Shown: positions 1-13,777, counted from the first letter of the stretch. The stretch is DNA of 64,000 nucleotides from Octopus sinensis (GCF_006345805.1 NC_043010.1:64232001-64296000); one strand, 5' to 3'. A program made the numbers and translations. The notes: a model not told the origin generated them from the sequence alone.

Positions 1-174
1 CCACTGATGCGGTCACAGGAGTGTGACGAAAGAACTCTGGCCGAAATAAGATTAAGATTAATGTAAAAAAATAAATAACAAAAAATAACACTGAAGCAAA
101 GTAACACCAAATATATAGTGCGTGTGTTTTTATTGGCTAAACTGGCAAATGACCATTCCTAAATACAACAATAT

Positions 175-210
<36 letters not shown>

Positions 211-256
211 TTATATGTATATATTTATATGTATATATATTATATGTATATATATT

Positions 257-301
<45 letters not shown>

Positions 302-447
302 ATGTGTGCGTGTGTGTGTGTGTGTGTATGTAAGGCTCGAAACGTTAAAGACTTTTCACTTCCCGAGCGTTATACTAATACATCTGTTTGTTGTCTACAT
401 CATTTGTCTTCGTCTTTTGTTTTGTTTTGTGAATTCTCCCTTATATG

Positions 448-469
<22 letters not shown>

Positions 470-478
<9 letters not shown>

Positions 479-1380
479 AAAAATATATATTAAAATACAA
501 AATGGGACAAGAACGCGTAACACTCAAATAGACGACACAAAAAACGGACGGGTCATTCGAAGCCTCTATTCTTCAGTCAAGAACCAGATCATACTCGCAA
601 TTTCGGCTGATTAATTTTGAGATTGCTCCGATCTGGCCAGCCCCAAAGAAAAACTAAGCTACGAGCATTAGATTTCTTGGAAAAAGGATCGAATGTATAC
701 GAAACAAGGACAGAAAAACGGACGGTGCAACACGAATATAAATACAAAAAGCAATAATAGTAATAACAGGACAAAAACAGCGGGTGTCCTACGACTTTAG
801 ACAGTTTCATGAAGCTTAGCTGGCGTATTTGGAAAATAATGCCTTTATGGCAGACGAAGAGATCGATGTTGCGTGGCAGTGCTCAGAAGCCGAAAGGCTA
901 GTTGACCGGCGGTCATGTGAGAGGAGAAGAGAGGGAGAAAATAAGGGGCAAAGGAATCAAAGATAGAGGGAAAAAGAGGGACAAAGGCACCAAAGAGGGG
1001 GAGAAGAGAGAGAAAGAAGGAATTAAAGAGGGGAGAAGAAAGAGATCGTGCCAAGGATTGGCTTGACGAAGAGAATCAGTGAGGTGCAAAGTGAGAAAGA
1101 CAGAGAAATGTGAGAGAGTGGGGGAAGAGGAGACCAAAGAATCAGAGGCGAGAAAAGAGAAAGACAGAGACTAGTGAAGTATAGAGAAAGTGTGTGTAGA
1201 AGACGTATAATAGTGGGATGCTTACATACATAAGAGAACAAGATGTACGTTACGCCGCGATAATATATGTATAAAAAATATATATAAAAATACAAAATGG
1301 GACAAGAACGCAAAACACTCAAATAGACAACACAAAAAACGGACGGGTCATTAGAAGCCTCTAATCTTCAGTCAAGAACT
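470..1380 (-). repeat. ~110-nt direct repeats (about 470-584 and 1266-1379), Penelope-like terminal sequence
   Basis: aaaatacaaaatgggacaagaacgc...agcctcta.tcttcagtcaagaac occurs twice; the minus strand reads CTGAAGA...CGAA. Family assignment is inferred. Confidence 0.5.
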
Positions 1381-1921
1381 GGTCTTGTTCTATTGAAGTG
1401 GCGAAATTATTTCCTAAGCCTTTGAACATTCTTTTAATCAATGTAGCCTTCCCTCTCCACTTGTTCCCTACCTATTATTCCTTTAACCCTTCTCTTCCTA
1501 CTATCTAACTTTGACGTCAATTCTACTAACGGTTTTTTAAAACACTTATTATCGTTTTGTTTACCATGTAGGCAGTCATCGAAATTTTTGTTTGTCTTGT
1601 TGGGAGAGGCTCCCTTTCTTTCCTGATGAGAAGATTGCATCTTGAACCCTTTATTCCTTTGGAATGAAACTATATTGTCTTCAAAACATATGTCAAAAGT
1701 AAAGGAATTTTGCTAACATCTTTGTTCGACTCCATTCTTTTATTTATTCATATATAACACAAATTTCTGCACATGAACCCGGAGTTTCTACCCTTGGACA
1801 GGTCGCTTCAACCGTGTTTCTGACGTGAATTTGCTACCCTGGTATCGGTTCATCGAATTTTCCATGCTGACGGTAAACATAGGATAATTCATTCACCTAT
1901 CGAAATATATATATATATATA

Positions 1922-4900
1922 GATAAAGTAATTGAGGTAATCAGAGTATGTGACAGAATACTTAAGATTAGATTAGTGCTTCATCATAGTTTAGCAACCA
2001 TTATATCAGCCTATGCTCCTCAGTCGGGGCTACCCGATGGACAGAAAGACCGATTCTATGACACTCTACTGCAGACTACCTCGTTGACGAACGGCAGAGA
2101 CCTCATCTTTGTGGCTGGTGACTTCAATGGTCACATTGGACGACATGCTGGGGGCTTCCATGGCGTACATGGAGGCTATGGCTATGGCTCCCGCAACGAG
2201 GAGGGGACCAGGCTGCTGGAGTTCTGCGATGCAAATAATCTTATGATTTGCAACACTAACTTCAGGAAACCTACCAGCCACCTAGTCACTTACCGATCGG
2301 GCCAACATACCAGCCAAATTGACTACATCCTTGCAAGGCAAAGGGAGAGATGGCTGCTTATAAATGCCAAAACCTTCCCAGGTGAAGAATGTACCCCACA
2401 ACATAGACTGGTAGTTGGTGACTTTAGGATCAGGACTAGGAGGACAACCAGAAGACGACCAATATGGAAAAGAAGGATCTGGAAGCTTAAAGATGCTGCA
2501 AATGGACAGAGATTTAGGGACATATTACTTGAAGCCTCTGACGAAGTAGAAGGGGATAGAGCATCACAGGGGGTAGAAGACAGCTGGACGTTTCTAAGGG
2601 ATAACCTGCTGAGAGCCACTGACCAGATCTGTGGCTGGTGCAAAGTCCCCTCTCGACCTAGAATAACGTGGTGGTGGAACAATATTGTAGACAGGGCTAT
2701 TAGAGAAAAGAGACAGGCTTGGAAGGTCTGGAAAAATGGGGGTAGCAGGGAATTGTATCAGACTGTCAAAAGAGAAGCTAGGAGACAGGTTTATTTAGCC
2801 AGAGGGGAAGCAGATAAGAAAAAATTTGCCAATGTTCTGCGCCGTGAGGACCAAAGACTGGAGGTGTTTCGCGTTGCAAGACAGTGTGTGAGAGAGAATC
2901 GTGATGTGGTAGGAGAGAAGTGTGTTTGCATGGAAGATGGTTTACTTGTGTTAAATGAGGATGCAAAGAGAGAGGTTTGGAGATGCCACTATGAAAGGTT
3001 GCTGAATAAAGAAAATGAATGGGATAAAGAGAGTCTGCTGAATGTTGACCCAACAGAGGGACCAGCTATCTGAGTTGATAGTTCCATGGTAGCTAAGGCA
3101 ATTAGAAGCATGAAGACAGGGAAAGCCCCAGGCCCATCAGGAATCACTGCAGAGATGCTCAAAATGTCTGGTAGTGTCGGCTATAGCCTAGTCACCCGTA
3201 TAGTTAATCAGGTGATACACAAAGGAGTCATACCCAATGACTGATGTAGCAGCATAATAGTCAACTGCTACAAAGGTAAAGGTGACGCCCTAGATACAAA
3301 TAACTACAGAGGTATCAAGCTGTTGGATCAGGTGATGAAGGTTACGGAGAGGGTCATAGCCCAACTAATTAGAGAGAGAGTTAGTTTAGATGAGATGCAG
3401 TTTGGGTTTGTGCCAGGGAAAAGTACTACTGATGCTATATTCCTGGTAAGGCAGCTGCAGGAGAAATACCTAGCCAAAGATAAGCCCCGGTACCTGGCTT
3501 TTGTTGACATGGAGAAAGCCTTTGACAGGGTCCCCCGATCCCTTATCTGGTGGGCAATGAGGAAACTAGGGATAGATGAATGGTTAGTGAGAGCTGTGCG
3601 GGCCATGTATAAGGACGCTGCTAGTAGGGTGAGGGTTGGAAACGAGTACAGTGAAGAATTCCGGGTAGATGTAGGGGTCCACCAAGGCTCAGTACTCAGC
3701 CCCCTCCTATTTATCATAGTCCTCCAGGCTATAACGGAGGAATTCAAGACAGGATGCCCCTGGGAGCTCCTCTATGCTGATGACCTTGCTCTAATTGCTG
3801 AGTCGCTATCAGAACTGGAGAAGTTTCAGGTGTGGAAACAAGGATTAGAATCGAAGGGCCTCAGAGTCAATCTAGCTAAAACCAAAGTCATAATCAGTAG
3901 GAAGGTAGACAAATCACAAACGCCTTCAGGTAGATGGCCCTGCTCGATCTGTAGAAAAGGTGTAGGTAGAAACTCTATAAGATGCACCAAGTGTAAGCTA
4001 TGGACACATAAGAGGTGCAGTAATGTCAAAGGAAGGCTAACTAGGAAGATGGTTTTTGTATGTGGCAGATGCTCAGGAGCAATAAACACTGAAAATGCTC
4101 TGAGACCAACTTCCGTCACTTTCCAGAGAGAAAAACTAGAAATAGTTGATAGTTTCCGTTACCTAGGTGACCAAGTCAGCAGCGGGGGCGGGTGTGCTGA
4201 AAGTGTAACTGCTAGAGTAAGAATCGCTTGGGCAAAGTTCAGAGAGCTCTTACCTCTGCTGGTGACAAAAGGCCTCTCGCACAGAGTGAAAGGCAGACTG
4301 TATGATGCGTGTGTACGAACAGCCATGCTACATGGCAGTGAAACATGGGTCGTGACTGCTGAGGATATGCGTAAGCTCGCAAGAAATGAAGCCAGTATGC
4401 TCCGATGGATGTGTAATGTCAGTACTCATACTCAGCAGAGTGTAAGTACCTTGAGAGAAAAGCTGGACCTAAGAAGCATCAGTTGTGGTGTGCAAGAGAG
4501 ACGTTTGCGCTGGTATGGTCATGTGGCGAGAATGGATGAAGATAGTTGTGTGAAAAAGTGCCACACCCTAGCAGTTGAGGGAACCTGTGGAAGAGGCAGA
4601 CCCAGGAAAACCTGGGACGAGGTGGTGAAGCACGACCTTCGAACTCTAGGTCTCACTGAGGAAATGACTAGAGACCGAGACCTCTGGAAGTGTGCTGTGC
4701 GCAAGAAGACCCGGCAGGACAAGTGAGTCCATAACCCGTGGCCTTCTACATGGGATGGAGCCAGCCTACGTATGCATACCTTCCCTTCTTGGGACACAAA
4801 ACTCTACTTGTGAAGACCTGTTGAGGCAAGTGAGGATCAGAATCGAAATCGATCAATGGAAATTGCAGATGTGTTACCAGTGCCGGTGGCATGTCGAAAC

Positions 4901-5323
4901 TCTACTTGTGAAGACCCGTTGAGGCAAGTGAGGATCAGAATCGAAATCGATCAATGGAAATTGCAGATGTGTTACCAGTGCCGGTGGCATGTAAGAGAAC
5001 CTTCCGTTTCACGACCGTTGCCAGCACCGCCCCGTTTCGTGTCCATTGCCAGCCTCGCCTGGCCCTCGTGCCGGTGGCACATAAAAAGCACCATCCGTTC
5101 GTGGCTGTTTGCCAGCTCTGTCTGGCACCTGTGCGGGTGGCACGTAAAAAGCACCCACTACACTCACGGAGTGGTTGGCGTTAGGAAGGGCATCCAGCCG
5201 TAGAAACACTGCCAGATTTGACTGGGCCTGATGAAGCCTTCTGGCTTCACAGACCCCAGTAGAACCGTCCAACCCATGCTAGCATGGAAAACGGACGCTA
5301 AACGATGATGATGATGATGATGA
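1922..5323 (+). mobile_element. 5'-truncated RTE-clade LINE (APE endonuclease + RT), 3' UTR and (GAT)n tail
   Basis: One reading frame 1922-4726 broken only by TGA at 3071 and 3242. APE motifs SAYAPQ, GDFNGH, QIDYIL; RT motifs DMEKAFD, GVHQGSVLSPLLF, YADD; RRLRWYGHV and RGRPRKTW near the end. Sits directly after a (TA)n run. Confidence 0.95.
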
Positions 5324-5384
5324 TACTAGCTTAAGGTGACCCGCTCTACGCGTGGGTAAGAGTGTAGTTGTTATTTTCTGTTGC

Positions 5385-5711
5385 ATCCTTTCGGCACGTA
5401 AAAAGCACCATCCGAACGTGACCGATGGCAGCGCCGCCTTGACTGGCTTCTGTGCCGGTGGCATGTAAAAAGCACTAACCGATCGTGGCCGCTGCCAGCG
5501 CTCCTCCCCCGTGGCACCTGTGCCGGTGGCACGTAAAAGGCACCTACTACAATCACGGAGTGGTTGGCGTTAGGAAGGGCATCCAGCTGTAGAAACCCTG
5601 CCAGATCAGACTGGAGCCTGGTGCAGCCTCCTGGCTTCCCAGACCCCAGTCAAACCGTCCAACCCATGCTAGCACGGGAAAACGGACGTTAAATGATGAT
5701 GATGATGATGA
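5385..5711 (+). mobile_element. Second RTE-related 3'-end fragment with (GAT)n tail
   Basis: Similar to 5060-5323 (ggagtggttggcgttaggaagggcatccagc...aacccatgctagca), ending in gatgatgat. Confidence 0.8.
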
Positions 5712-6531
5712 TTCTCCCTCTTTGTTTCTCTCTCCCTTTCCCACTCTCTTACTCTTCCTTTCTCTCGGACTCTCCCTCGCTTTCTCTTACTCTCTATCTT
5801 TCTCTATCTATCTCTCTCCCATTTATAAACAATCTTGAGTAAGTTGAGAAAGAAAGTAGTTTGAAAGATCAATCATAAATATCAGGCAGTGACAACGGAA
5901 AGGTCTGCTTCAAGGCAGAAAGCAAAACACTAATGTTTAAAAGGGACAGACGAACTTGCGAGCTGAAAAAAAAGAATATTGGAAACCAAAGTTTGAAGGG
6001 ATGGAATCTGAAGATAGTAGAGTCACCATGGCTGGCATTTCTTAACGACGGACAGCAACATAGTGGCAGTTTAACGGCTGGCATAAAATTTTGAACTTGA
6101 TGTAAAAAAAAATTCCTAAACACTAAGTTTTGAAGTGATTCTTTCTCACAACAGTAGACTCACCATGGCAAGCATTCAAAACTTCTTCATCATAGACAGC
6201 AACACATTGACGATTTAAAAGGCTGGCGCCAATTTTTTAGCTTGATGTAACAGAGAATTCCTAAACACCCGCTCCTGTAAATTTTAATCCCCTTCCAACC
6301 CCATTTAGACCCCTTTTTACACTTTGGTTAATATAAGCCGATTTCATTCGGGTCTAATCGGGCCACATTTTATAAGATGAGGAATTTTGTCCTATATGTT
6401 ACGCCTTTCATTTGAGGAAAAAAATAGTTGCCATGCAAACTCGCCAGCACTTTTAACATAGGTGTGCATATTTTCAGCTCAACCGACTACATAATGCAGA
6501 CATTATATATATATAAGTACATATATACTCA

Positions 6532-6580
<49 letters not shown>

Positions 6581-7381
6581 CATGTGCGATTGTGTTCGCA
6601 TTATATATATAAATGTATACAAATCGTATATATATATATATATATAAATACAGATATATACACTTTGTATATCTACATTATATATACATATTTATATATA
6701 GAACACACACACAAACACATATATAAATTAACCCAATAAATATCTGATTCATAATATATATTTGTTCTCATGATTGTGTGGTGGTGGTGGCGATGATAAT
6801 TCTCTCTATGAAGGCAGACAGACATAGAGAGAGAGAGTGTGTGACAGCGCTGGTGAAGGCGGCAGGGGCAAGATAGTAAACATTCCCTCGCTTTCTCTTA
6901 CTCTCTATCTATCTCTCTTCCATTTATAAACAACAAAAGGTCGTGAGTAAGTTGAGAAAGAAAATATTTTTATGCTTTTTAAACCCTCGTCGTTATTCTC
7001 ATTCACTCATTATTACTTTCTCCCTTCCTTTCACTTTCTCTCTATAACGTTATAGAGAGAAAGTGAAAGGAAGGGATATAGGATGCTGTGAAACGACGTT
7101 ATAGAGAGAAAGGGAAGGGAAAAAAGAGATTGAGTGATGGAGAAGACAGATACATAAAAGAATGACAGTAGACTTGTCAAAGTGCGTTTTTGGCCCTAGC
7201 AACGACACCTTTTAAGATAGGGATTTCTAGCCTAGCCTACTCACATCCTCACCTCATTTTACATGTCCCTGTAAATTTTGGAGTCAACCCGACGGGATCT
7301 AGTGGCCTTTAACCCATTCTCAATGCCAAACAAACTTTTCGCATTTCAGATTTATAATATAGAGATATATGTATGTATGTA

Positions 7382-7418
<37 letters not shown>

Positions 7419-7689
7419 GTGCGCGCGCGTGTGTACACTCCTGCATGTCAGTAGTCTGATCATTGATGTCACAGTAACCATTCTTCTTGAAAGTATATGC
7501 AAAAAGCATTGAGTAATCCTTCAGTTTAATGTAATACATACATACACATATACAAACGTACACACACATATATACATACATATATATGTATGTGTATATA
7601 TATGTATATATATGTATGTATGTATATAAATATATGTATATATATATATGTGGATGTATATATATGTATATATATTATTTACATTATGT

Positions 7690-7850
7690 ACATTATTTAC
7701 ATTTGACGGATATTTGTCCTCATCTTGTTTGTTTTTAACACAATGTTTCGACTAATATACCCTCCAGCTTTCATTAGGTGTCTTGTGGAAATTTCGAACC
7801 TGGGTTCTCATTCCTAAGGTATTTTTCGATGTTATTATTATTATTAATAT

Positions 7851-7881
<31 letters not shown>

Positions 7882-7927
7882 GATGCTGCTGCTGCCACTA
7901 CTACTATTTTTCGATTCCAGGCAGTGA

Positions 7928-7966
<39 letters not shown>

Positions 7967-7968
7967 TG

Positions 7969-8005
<37 letters not shown>

Positions 8006-8245
8006 TGATAATAATAATAATAATAATAATAATTTATTCTTTTTATTGGCCACAAGGGCTGACACACATGATTAGAAACATAAAGGGACAATAATAGCAA
8101 CAACATCGAAAAATACCTAATGAATGAGAACCCAGGTTCGAAGTTTGCCCAAGACACCTGATGAAGGCTGGAGGGTATATCAGCCGAAACGTTTTGTTAA
8201 CAGCAAACAAGATGAGGACAATATCTATCAAATGTAAATAATGTA
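7690..8245. mobile_element. Inverted pair of Penelope-like terminal repeats around (TAC)n/(AAT)n microsatellites
   Basis: About 7690-7833 is the reverse complement of about 8103-8245. The plus copy holds a hammerhead-like core, ctgatgaa-ggctg..cagcc-gaaacgtt. Confidence 0.65.
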
Positions 8246-8264
8246 CATAATCCCTCATCTCTTA

Positions 8265-8319
<55 letters not shown>

Positions 8320-8440
8320 ATATGTATACATATCTATCTATCTATCTATCTATTTATCTACCTATATGCGTTATGTATATGTTTCATATATTGAGTAGGC
8401 AAAAGTTTTCTTTCAACTTTTATTTTCTATTTATCAACAG

Positions 8441-8635
8441 AATCGCGATTTATGGATTTTCGTGTTCTCGTGAATTCAGGAACTAATGGTTCTTTTGTTA
8501 CAGCCCATCAAAGTTCTTCTACTGAACACACTAAAGATATCATCCACATTCTATTTGAAAAACCATTTCTGGGAGACATTCTCAAAATCGAAGTTCCCAA
8601 AGGCACGCTTTCATTGTGTGAAGTTGAAATAATAA
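8441..8635 (+). CDS. Exon: C-terminal part of an F-type lectin/galactose-binding-like domain of a lectin + multi-EGF protein
   Basis: Pyrimidine tract + caacag acceptor ending 8440; donor A|gtaagt at 8636; 195 nt, phase 1-1. Encodes xSRFMDFRVLVNSGTNGSFVTAHQSSSTEHTKDIIHILFEKPFLGDILKIEVPKGTLSLCEVEII. LxLCEVEV is the typical last strand of fucolectin-like domains and here leads into EGF repeats. Confidence 0.75.
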
Positions 8636-8863
8636 GTAAGTGAAGTTTTATTAGTTTGATCCTTCAACTAATTGATGAATATTTTGAAACTGAGATCATT
8701 CTTTGTTTTTCTTCGATTTTGCACCGTCTTCATAGGATTTTTGGTGGGCTATCTTGACTCCAGTTTTTATTTTAAAGAAACTCTCTATTGTAGAAAAACA
8801 CGCATGAAACAGACTTTCGGAGATGACTCTAAGACTGACACAGACACATACATACATACCTGC

Positions 8864-8915
<52 letters not shown>

Positions 8916-9049
8916 TTGTCTGTCTGCCTGTCTGTCTATCTGTCTGCCTGCCAGCCTGCCTGCCTGCCTGTTCAAATATAAATCAGAATCAGCAACTGTT
9001 GTTAACATTATCGAACACACATATTCAGTGTATGTGCTATATTTGTTAT

Positions 9050-10090
9050 CAGGTCGGCTGCGAGTTGACGCGTTGGAGATGACTCTCTCAAAGTGCCGGG
9101 TGATACAATACCTGAACGTCATAGTCAGACACAGGCAAAACAACGCAGTCTGAATCTCATTCTAGAGCGGTGGTCATTGATGTTTCGATATTTTTGAGGC
9201 TTATCAACCTCACGCAATCGAACCGAACCAGAGACAAGCTGAACAGCTCATAACGTCTCGCAAGTGAGGTGCTTCTGTATTCATTGATTTTTCTCTCCAC
9301 GGTGTTATGGGCGGCGACATCAGGATTTACGAGGTTAGAGCTGGAGAACGTGTCTTTGTATGTTGTGTCCCAGAGACCTGTCCCTTTCGAAACGAAGAGG
9401 GACGATTGCTGGTTCAAATTCAGACGGTAAACCAGCCAAGTCAATGCCCCATTCTGATTATGTCATTCAGAGCAGTGTTGGGGGAATCGACCTGAGTTAA
9501 GGCAGCAGGATAAAGAATGCAGGCCAAATTTTTGCGGCTCGCGCACACGGAGATTGATCGAAGAGTTGGGTCACTCCGATACGGGTGCACTCATCATCTA
9601 GAAATGTGCTGGTAGATGCGGAGGGCACCGAATTAAACCATGCGCTGCTATTTGTCTGCGATGCGGAGCGGAGGCTGGCAAGGTGGTACTGGTCTAGTGA
9701 CGTCTCCAGCCACTAGTGAGTGGAGTTGGATCTAAATTCGTCCCAACTGCGCTGGACGCCATATTCTGGGGGACGGTGGACCCATCAGCTGTCAAATCGG
9801 CTAGGGCTGATTCCAGTACTTTGGCCACATCAGGTTTGGCTAACTTGTGGAGTATCTCGCCAGTGAGGGTGCGGCTGAAGGAGACCGAGGAAAGACAGGC
9901 CGGTAGAAGCAGGTCCACTGCAGATGGAGACCAGAGCCACCGAATCTAGTAGGCAGTCTGGCATGTCGCTGGCGTTGTCAAAACTAACGTTGCAAATCAG
10001 TTTGGTACAGCACTAGATGTTGTTCTTGAAGTCACTGAAGTGGTCTTTCAGTGGGGACATGGCGTACTGCTGTGCCGTTGATCGGCACAA
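9050..10090 (-). mobile_element. Degenerate CRE-clade (restriction-like endonuclease) non-LTR retrotransposon, C-terminal fragment
   Basis: Minus-strand translations SAVDLLLPACLSS, LASLRSASQTNSSAWFNSVPSASTSTFLDDECTRIGV and LWDTTYKDTF..AAHNTVERKINEY resemble conserved post-RT and RLE blocks of CRE-like elements. Confidence 0.65.
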
Positions 10091-12419
10091 CTAGACTCTA
10101 TTTCTCTGCTTATTAACAGAGAAATTACAACCTAAGGAGCTTACACTGGAGATTTTTGAAGTTTCGATGTTCTCATTATTACTCGTATTAGGTAAGCTTG
10201 AACTGTTTGTACGTGGTTTAAGTTTAGCGCCGGCACGATTAAATTTACCTATTTTATATAGAAACAGGTTCTATATAGTTGCTTATAATTAATAGCAGTG
10301 ATATTATCAATTAGATTTGAAAGAGTCGAATAGAAAAAGTATTACAGTGTGTCGATTGAAAGTTTTCCTAAGTCTGTTAGAAGGATGGAAACTTTTTTCT
10401 AATGCATTAAATTTATTGCATAAGGGGGATTATACGATTTAGTTTCTCTCTTACATAATCAATTTTTCCTAAATCTGATTAATTTAATATTATTAAAATA
10501 AAGGTTAAAATTGTTATATTCATTTGGAGATATCAGCCGTGTATCGTCTGAGGACACTATATTGTATGTGTTATGATCAAGTTTAATTCTATCAAATGTG
10601 TGGGTTTCGTGCTTATTCTTATAGCACATATGAGTAGAATCAACTGGCTTATTTGAACTTTAGGGTTAATATTGCTAAATGCAGGTCTGTTAATATTAAT
10701 ATTGTAAATTTTTACAAAGTAGCAATTGTTTGTTAGCTATATCGAGAGATTTAATTTTAAAAGTATTTTATTGTTTAGCCTATTCCTAATTTTATTACAA
10801 TGACGAGGTTTAGTTATGATGTAAACCACTTACTATACTAGTTTTCATGGAAAGAATATCTTCATCTGGGATATTATGGATTTACTTATTATACCTATTT
10901 CTGCAATAACATGTTTTAATAATTAGGATACTTATTGAAAATTGCTTCATTTGCAGATAATTCTATGGGAAACATTACTAATATTTGAATTAATTACAGC
11001 TTTAGGATGGTTTAAGATTTTAAAAACCTGGATGAATTTGAAATGAGCTAGCAAATGAAACATTCGTCAATGTTACAGAGTTATACATACGAAAAAGCTT
11101 CTTCTCAGAGCTCTGTGAACAGAATTACAGGGATTAAAACACTCCTTGTGGGTAACAAGCAAAAGTACTCTTCACATGTTACGAAATGCCATATTTAGTT
11201 AATATACTGTACTGCTTCTTAGTGGGTGATACCATGTCCCTCCTAGGGGAGAGGGAGTTTTATGTGTACCGGGGACGAAGCGGGATGGTAGGAAGGCAAT
11301 AGGTGCGCCTGTACAATATTTATCGTTTTTGTCTGCTTGATTATTAACTTTTTTTTAAACAAAATTAATGTGCTCTTATGATAAGTTGCTTGTCTGCCAC
11401 AATCACAACAATAACAATAACATCTACAATAATAGATTTCGAAATCTGAATAAACAAACCAAACATTTCACCCATGCATGCAAACTATAAACAATAAACT
11501 AAAGCGTAATATTAAACATTGTCAAATTTTCTGTGCATTTTCATACATGAAATAGAATCTGCCATTGCACTTCTAGCGTTAGGTAACGTCCTAACTTGCA
11601 TAGATTTGTAAATGTAAAAACTTGGACGTTCTTCATTCCAGTTATGAATTTTATCTGTTAATCTCGTAATCTAATTACATGTATAAACGGATATATGCAA
11701 AGTCGCATGGAATCAGAAAAATCAATATATATGTTTGTGGACATTTACAAAATATAACTATAAATCGGAATATACAGATAATTTCTTCGGGGATATATAC
11801 GATTCACAATGAATATGTACCTGAGTCTGGCCGAAACCACGTGTTAAAAGGTTGGGCTAATAACTAAACGTTAAGCGGGTATGTCTCAAATATTCGATCC
11901 TAGCCAGTTTGTGCTGTATAAGTACTCAGTCGCAATAAACTAGTATGTTCATTAAATATGGAAGGGCCGTTGAATCATAGCAAGAATAGGCGTTCAAAAA
12001 GTGTGAACAAAATAAAAGGGCGATAGTTAAAAAGCTGGAAAAGTAGATATACAACATTCTATCGATTTGGCTATATGTGACCTTTAAACCGTATACTTCA
12101 CATTAACTTACGAAAACGATTCTCCGAATTCAGACTTCTTTTGTTTAGATAAATATTAAGGAAAATAATATTTTCTTCTATAATTTTGTCGCTGCCTGAC
12201 GTGACAGTCCGTAATATGAGACTGTACTTGATTAAAATATCTGAAAGTAGGATGGTGTATGTGGAAAAGAGGTTAGATACTGTCATAGAAACTTTAGTTT
12301 GTACAGAAAAAGAGCATTATTTCGTTTCAGTCATATTCAGTTTATAGAAAATTTATTTTCTTTTAACGCGCATCGGGGTAGTTCACGCCTCATCTACTAC
12401 GCGTCTGGAGAAATGTTTA

Positions 12420-12456
<37 letters not shown>

Positions 12457-12459
12457 ACT

Positions 12460-13777
12460 ATTAGGGACGACCGAGAAATTCTTTTAAGTAGATACTGTCA
12501 AAAGCTTTTATGTCGGCCTACTTATTTTTGTAGCAGGCAGGAATGAAAGACCTGTCTCATTTTTGATATGATCACTTTGAGGATATGTTTTCAATACCTG
12601 CTGTAAAATAAGCATAAATTTCATATTGTCCTTTTCTTTCATTGCAGACTGCTTTATACCATAATGGTGAAATTATGTCGATTTTACCTTTTAAAATGAG
12701 TTTAGATCGGACCCATATCAGACACTGCATGCTGTATGAATTTAGAAGAGGCTCTTCAGCAATATAAGTGGCACTATCTCTCGTTGCTTTCATTGCTGTA
12801 GAGCCTCTGAAGAAATACTCACTCTGTCTTGAAAATGAAGTTTTAAATGTCAAGACATGCCAAAGATGGTTTGTCCATCGCTTGGAAAATTTTTGTTTTG
12901 CAGATTATTTTCGATCTGGATGATAAAGATCTGTCGATATTGAGTTTCTGAAAAGGGTACTTGAGGAAACTTCAAAGGAAACTGAACACGAATTAACAAA
13001 TCAGTTCAAATCAATTATAAAACATCTTCATGAAGTTAGAAAACTGTCTAAACTTGTTCAGCATGTCACACACCATTTGACTGCTTCTCAACTTCAAGTG
13101 TTGCCTTCTTCTTGTCATTGATGAGTAAACTTGCTACTAAGCCTCTATTGGATATAATTATCACTAGTGATAGTTTCTCTATAATTATAGCCAAAAAAGA
13201 CGACCATAGTTAGCACCCAATGAAAAAAGGGAAATCCATCCCCAAGGCAAAGTACACCTGAAATAATCTGGTGGGTAGAGTGGGATATGAAGGGTGTTGT
13301 CCAAAACGAAATGCGAAGTATTGTCACCAACTGGAAAGCGTTGCAAAAAATTTGTAGAAAAGCACTCATAATTGGTCTATCATGAAGAGGCGTTGCTCTT
13401 GCACGATAAATGCAAGACCACACATTACCCAAGTCACATGGGAAAAGATTATGGCTCTAAATATGGAAGTTTTGCTCCATCCTCCTTACTTTACTGACTT
13501 TGTTCCGCATGTCTATCATCGTTTCAGATCATTGCAACATGAATTAGAAGGAAATTGAGGGAAATTGTTTATTAATTCCAGAGAGGTTGAAAATAATATT
13601 GAATGTTTCTTTGCTTTGAAACCTGAAAGGATTTATGCCCAAGAGATCGACAGTTTGCCAATATATGGGATTATATTATCAGTAATAAGGGTAAATATTA
13701 TCTTGGTAAATTATATCAAGAGCAAAGAAGCATTTATTTCCATTTGGAAACGCGACAGGAATTTTTTCTAACCTAAT
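12460..13777 (+). mobile_element. Highly degenerate mariner transposon
   Basis: ~1.3 kb with remnant ends (tattaggg.. / ..aacctaat). Transposase remnants HIRHCMLYEFRRG (~12714) and LHPPYFTDFVPHVYHRFRSLQ (~13475). Confidence 0.7.

Noticed and set aside
122-614. ORFs rich in YI/CV repeats (also 6428-6739, 7309-7581, 8241-8486)
   Set aside because: Translations of (TA)n and (TG)n microsatellites.
4799-5545. Recurring gtgccggtggca motifs resembling a CRISPR array
   Set aside because: Irregular spacing, located within RTE 3' UTRs, eukaryotic context, no cas genes.
10100-11330. Possible degenerate retroelement ORF1 on the minus strand
   Set aside because: Only vague similarity and no diagnostic motif that I can support.
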